64,000 nucleotides of DNA, from assembly GCF_964213995.1 (NCBI RefSeq), contig NW_027592019.1, positions 1 through 64,000 of the forward strand, read 5' to 3'. The stretch comes from Mustelus asterias (lineage: Eukaryota). This document shows, piece by piece, positions 61,146 to 64,000 of the stretch (its first letter is position 1; each line of letters starts with the position of its first letter). Under the pieces are notes generated by a model that saw only the letters and a list, made by a program, of their open reading frames with translations, did not search any database and was not told where the DNA came from. The translations under genes and the position numbers were made by a program.

Positions 61146-64000
61146 CGACCTGGTACTGGCAAGGTATCTAGAGGGGATGGGTGTGCAGGCAGTGCTATGT
61201 TCCTCTTGCACTATGTTTGAGGTGAGGGACGACGTCAGTGTCCCTGATGATTACACCTGTGGGAAGTGCACTCATCTGCAGCTCCTCCAAAACCGTGTTA
61301 GGGAACTGGAGCTGGAGTTGGATGAACTTAGGATCATTAGGGATGCGGAGGTGGCCATAGACAGAAGCTTTAGGGATACAGTTACTCCGAGGAATGAAAA
61401 TAGATGGGTGACGGTGAGAGGGGCTGGGAGGAAGCAGTCAGTGCAGGGATCCCCTGTGGTCGTTCCCCTTAGCAACAAGTATTCCGCTTTGGGTATGGTT
61501 GAGGGGGACGACGGACCAGTGGTGAGCCGCAGTGAGAGGATCTCCAGCACTGTGTCCGTCTCTGTGGCTCGGGAGGGTAAGGGGGAGAGCGGAAGGGCAA
61601 TAGTTATTGGGGACTCGTTAGTTAGAGGGATTGATAGGAGGTTCTGTGGCAGGAAAAGAGACTCGAGGATGGTATGTTGCCTGCCGGATGCCAGGGTCCG
61701 TGACGTCTCGGACCGTGTCTTCCGGATTCTTAAGGGGGAGTGGAAACAGTCACAAGTCGTGGAACACATTGGTGGCAACGACATAGGTTAGAGAAGAGAC
61801 GGGGATTTAAAACAGGAATTTCGGGAGCTGGGCTGGAAGCTGAGAGCCAAGACAGAACATGTGGTCATCTCTGGTATGTTACCGGTGCCACGTGATAGCG
61901 AGTTGAGGAACAGGGAGAGAGTGCAGTTAAACATGTGGTTGCAGGGATGGTGTAGGAGGGAGGGTTTCAGATACATGGATAATTGGAACACATTCTGGGG
62001 AAGGTGGGACCTGTACAAACAGGATGGGGTGCACCTGAACCAGAGGAGCACCAATATCCTGGGAGGGAAATTTGCTACGACTCTTCAGGGGAGTTTAAAC
62101 TAATTTGTCAGGGGAGTGGGAAAAGGAGTTGTAGTCCAGAAGTCAGTGTTGAGGGTGGTGGGGTACTGGGGAAGGTATCAAGGTCAAGGGTGGGTACTGG
62201 TAGACAGGAAGGTGGGTTGAAATGTGCCTACTTCAATGCAAGGAGCATCTGGAACAAAGTAGATGAACTTGGGGCGTGGATTGGTACTTGGGACTACGAT
62301 GTTGTGGCCATTACGGAGACGTGGGTAGAACAAGGACAGGAATGGTTGTTGGACGTTCCGGGATATAGATGTTTCAGTAAGAGTAGGGAAGCTGGGAAAA
62401 GAGGTGGAGCAGTGGCATTGTTAATCAAGGATAGTCTAACGGCTGCGGAAAGGCACTTCGAGGGGGATCTGCACACGGAGGTAATATGGGCTGAAATTAG
62501 AAATAGGAAAGAGGCGGTCACGTTGTTAGGAGTTTAGTATAGGTCACCAAATAGTAATGGAGATGTGGAGGAAGAAATTGCTAAGCAGATTATGGATATG
62601 TGTGGGGGTCACAGGGTAGTTGCCATGGGGGACTTTAACTTTCCAAATATTGATTGGAAACTTTATAGGTCAAATAGTTCGGATGGGGCAGTTTTTGTGC
62701 AGTGTGTGCAGGAGGGTTTCCTGACACAATGTGTGGATAGGCCGACAAGAGGTGAGGCCACATTGGATTTGGTACTGGGAAATGAACCGGGCCAAGTGTT
62801 AGATTTGGTTGTGTGAGAGCACTGTGGAGATAGTAACCACAATTCGGTGTCTTTTGTTATTGCAATGGAGAGGGATAGGGTCATACGGCAGGGCAAGGTT
62901 TACAATTGGGGGAGAGGTAATTATGATGCGATTAGGCAAGAATTAGGGGGCATAAGATGGGAACAGAAACTGTCAGGGAAAGGCACTAATGAAAAGTGGA
63001 ACTTTTTCAAGGAACAAATACTGGGTGTCCTTGATAGGCATGTCCCTGTCAGGCAGGGAGGAAATGGCCGAGTGAGGGAACCATGGTTCACAAAAGAGGT
63101 GGAATGTCTTGTGAAAAGGAAGAGGGAAGCTTATGTAGGGATGAGGAAACAAGGTTCAGATGGCTCGATTGAGGGTTACAAGATAGCAAGGAATGAGTTG
63201 AAAAAGGGGCTTAGGAGAGCTAGGAGGGGACATGAGAAGTCCTTGGCGGGTCGGATCAAGGAAAACCCCAAGGCTTTTTACTCTTATGTGAGGAATAACA
63301 GAATGACCAGGGTGAGGTTCGGGCCGGTCAAGGACAGTCGTGGGAACTTGTGTATGGAGTCAGTAGAGATAGGCGAGGTGATGAATGAATACTTTTCTTC
63401 AGTGTTCACCAAGGAGAGGGGCCATGTTTTTGAGGAAGAGAAGATGTTACAGGCTAATAGGCTGGAGGAAATAGTTGTTCGGAGGGAGGATGTCCTGGCA
63501 GTTTGGAATAAACTGAAGGTCGATAAGTCCCCTGGGCCTGATGAAAGGTATCCTAGGATTCTTTGGGAGGCAAGGGATGAGATTGCAGAGCCTTTGGCTT
63601 TGATCTTTGGGTCCTCACTGTCCACGGGGATGGTGCCAGAGGACTGGAAAGTGGCGGATGTTGTTCCTCTGTTTAAGAAAGGGAATAGAAATGACCATGG
63701 TAATTATAGACCGGTTAGTCTTACTTCAGTGGTTGGTAAATTGATGGAAAAGGTCCTTAGGGATGGGATTTACGACCATTTAGAAAGATGCGGATTAATC
63801 CGGGATAGTCAGCACGGATTCGTGAAGGGCAAGTCGTGCCTCACAAATTTGATTGAATTTTTTGAGGAGGTAACTAAGTGTGTTGATGAAGGTCGGGCAG
63901 TTGATGTCATATACATGGATTTTAGTAAGGTGTTTGATATGGTCCCCCATGGTCGGCTTATGATGAAAGTAAGGAGGTGTGGGATAGAGGGAAAGTTGGC
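61146..64000 (+). mobile_element. Long CR1 LINE with ORF1 (61177-62103) and disrupted ORF2, running off the window
   Basis: ORF1 has a CSSC...CGKC zinc finger, a coiled coil and SGNH esterase blocks (VIGDSLVR, HIGGNDI, QDGVHLN), with one in-frame TAG at 61789-61791. ORF2 starts with YFNARSI and DVVAITETW (APE), then RT motifs. Confidence 0.95.

Overview
This is repeat-rich vertebrate genomic DNA from a cartilaginous fish, most likely a shark, judged from HE1-type V-SINEs, HER1/CR1 LINEs and shark-type IgM constant exons. Four features are not transposon-derived. (1) A decayed IgM heavy-chain constant region on the + strand (CH1-CH4, secretory tail, TM1; 33958-43414). Its CH1 exon is split by a CR1 insertion, and I found no V-D-J in the 34 kb upstream. 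(2) An intact two-exon GPR139/GPR142-like GPCR on the - strand (52233-54416). (3) A TCR alpha/delta-type V pseudogene with a leader exon and a 23-bp-spacer RSS on the - strand (56624-57080), facing the IgM constant region. (4) A decayed cluster of four tRNA-Val genes in duplicated units (23.5-26.9 kb). The Ig C region lying next to a TCR V suggests a mixed Ig/TCR neighbourhood like the shark TCR alpha/delta locus. Palindromic Penelope-type elements with minimal hammerhead ribozyme cores, a solo LTR with a 4-bp TSD, a CR1 nested antisense in another CR1, and several minisatellites are also present. Most ORFs in the supplied track are LINE fragments, their antisense shadows or noise. All calls were made by eye, and repeat boundaries are approximate.
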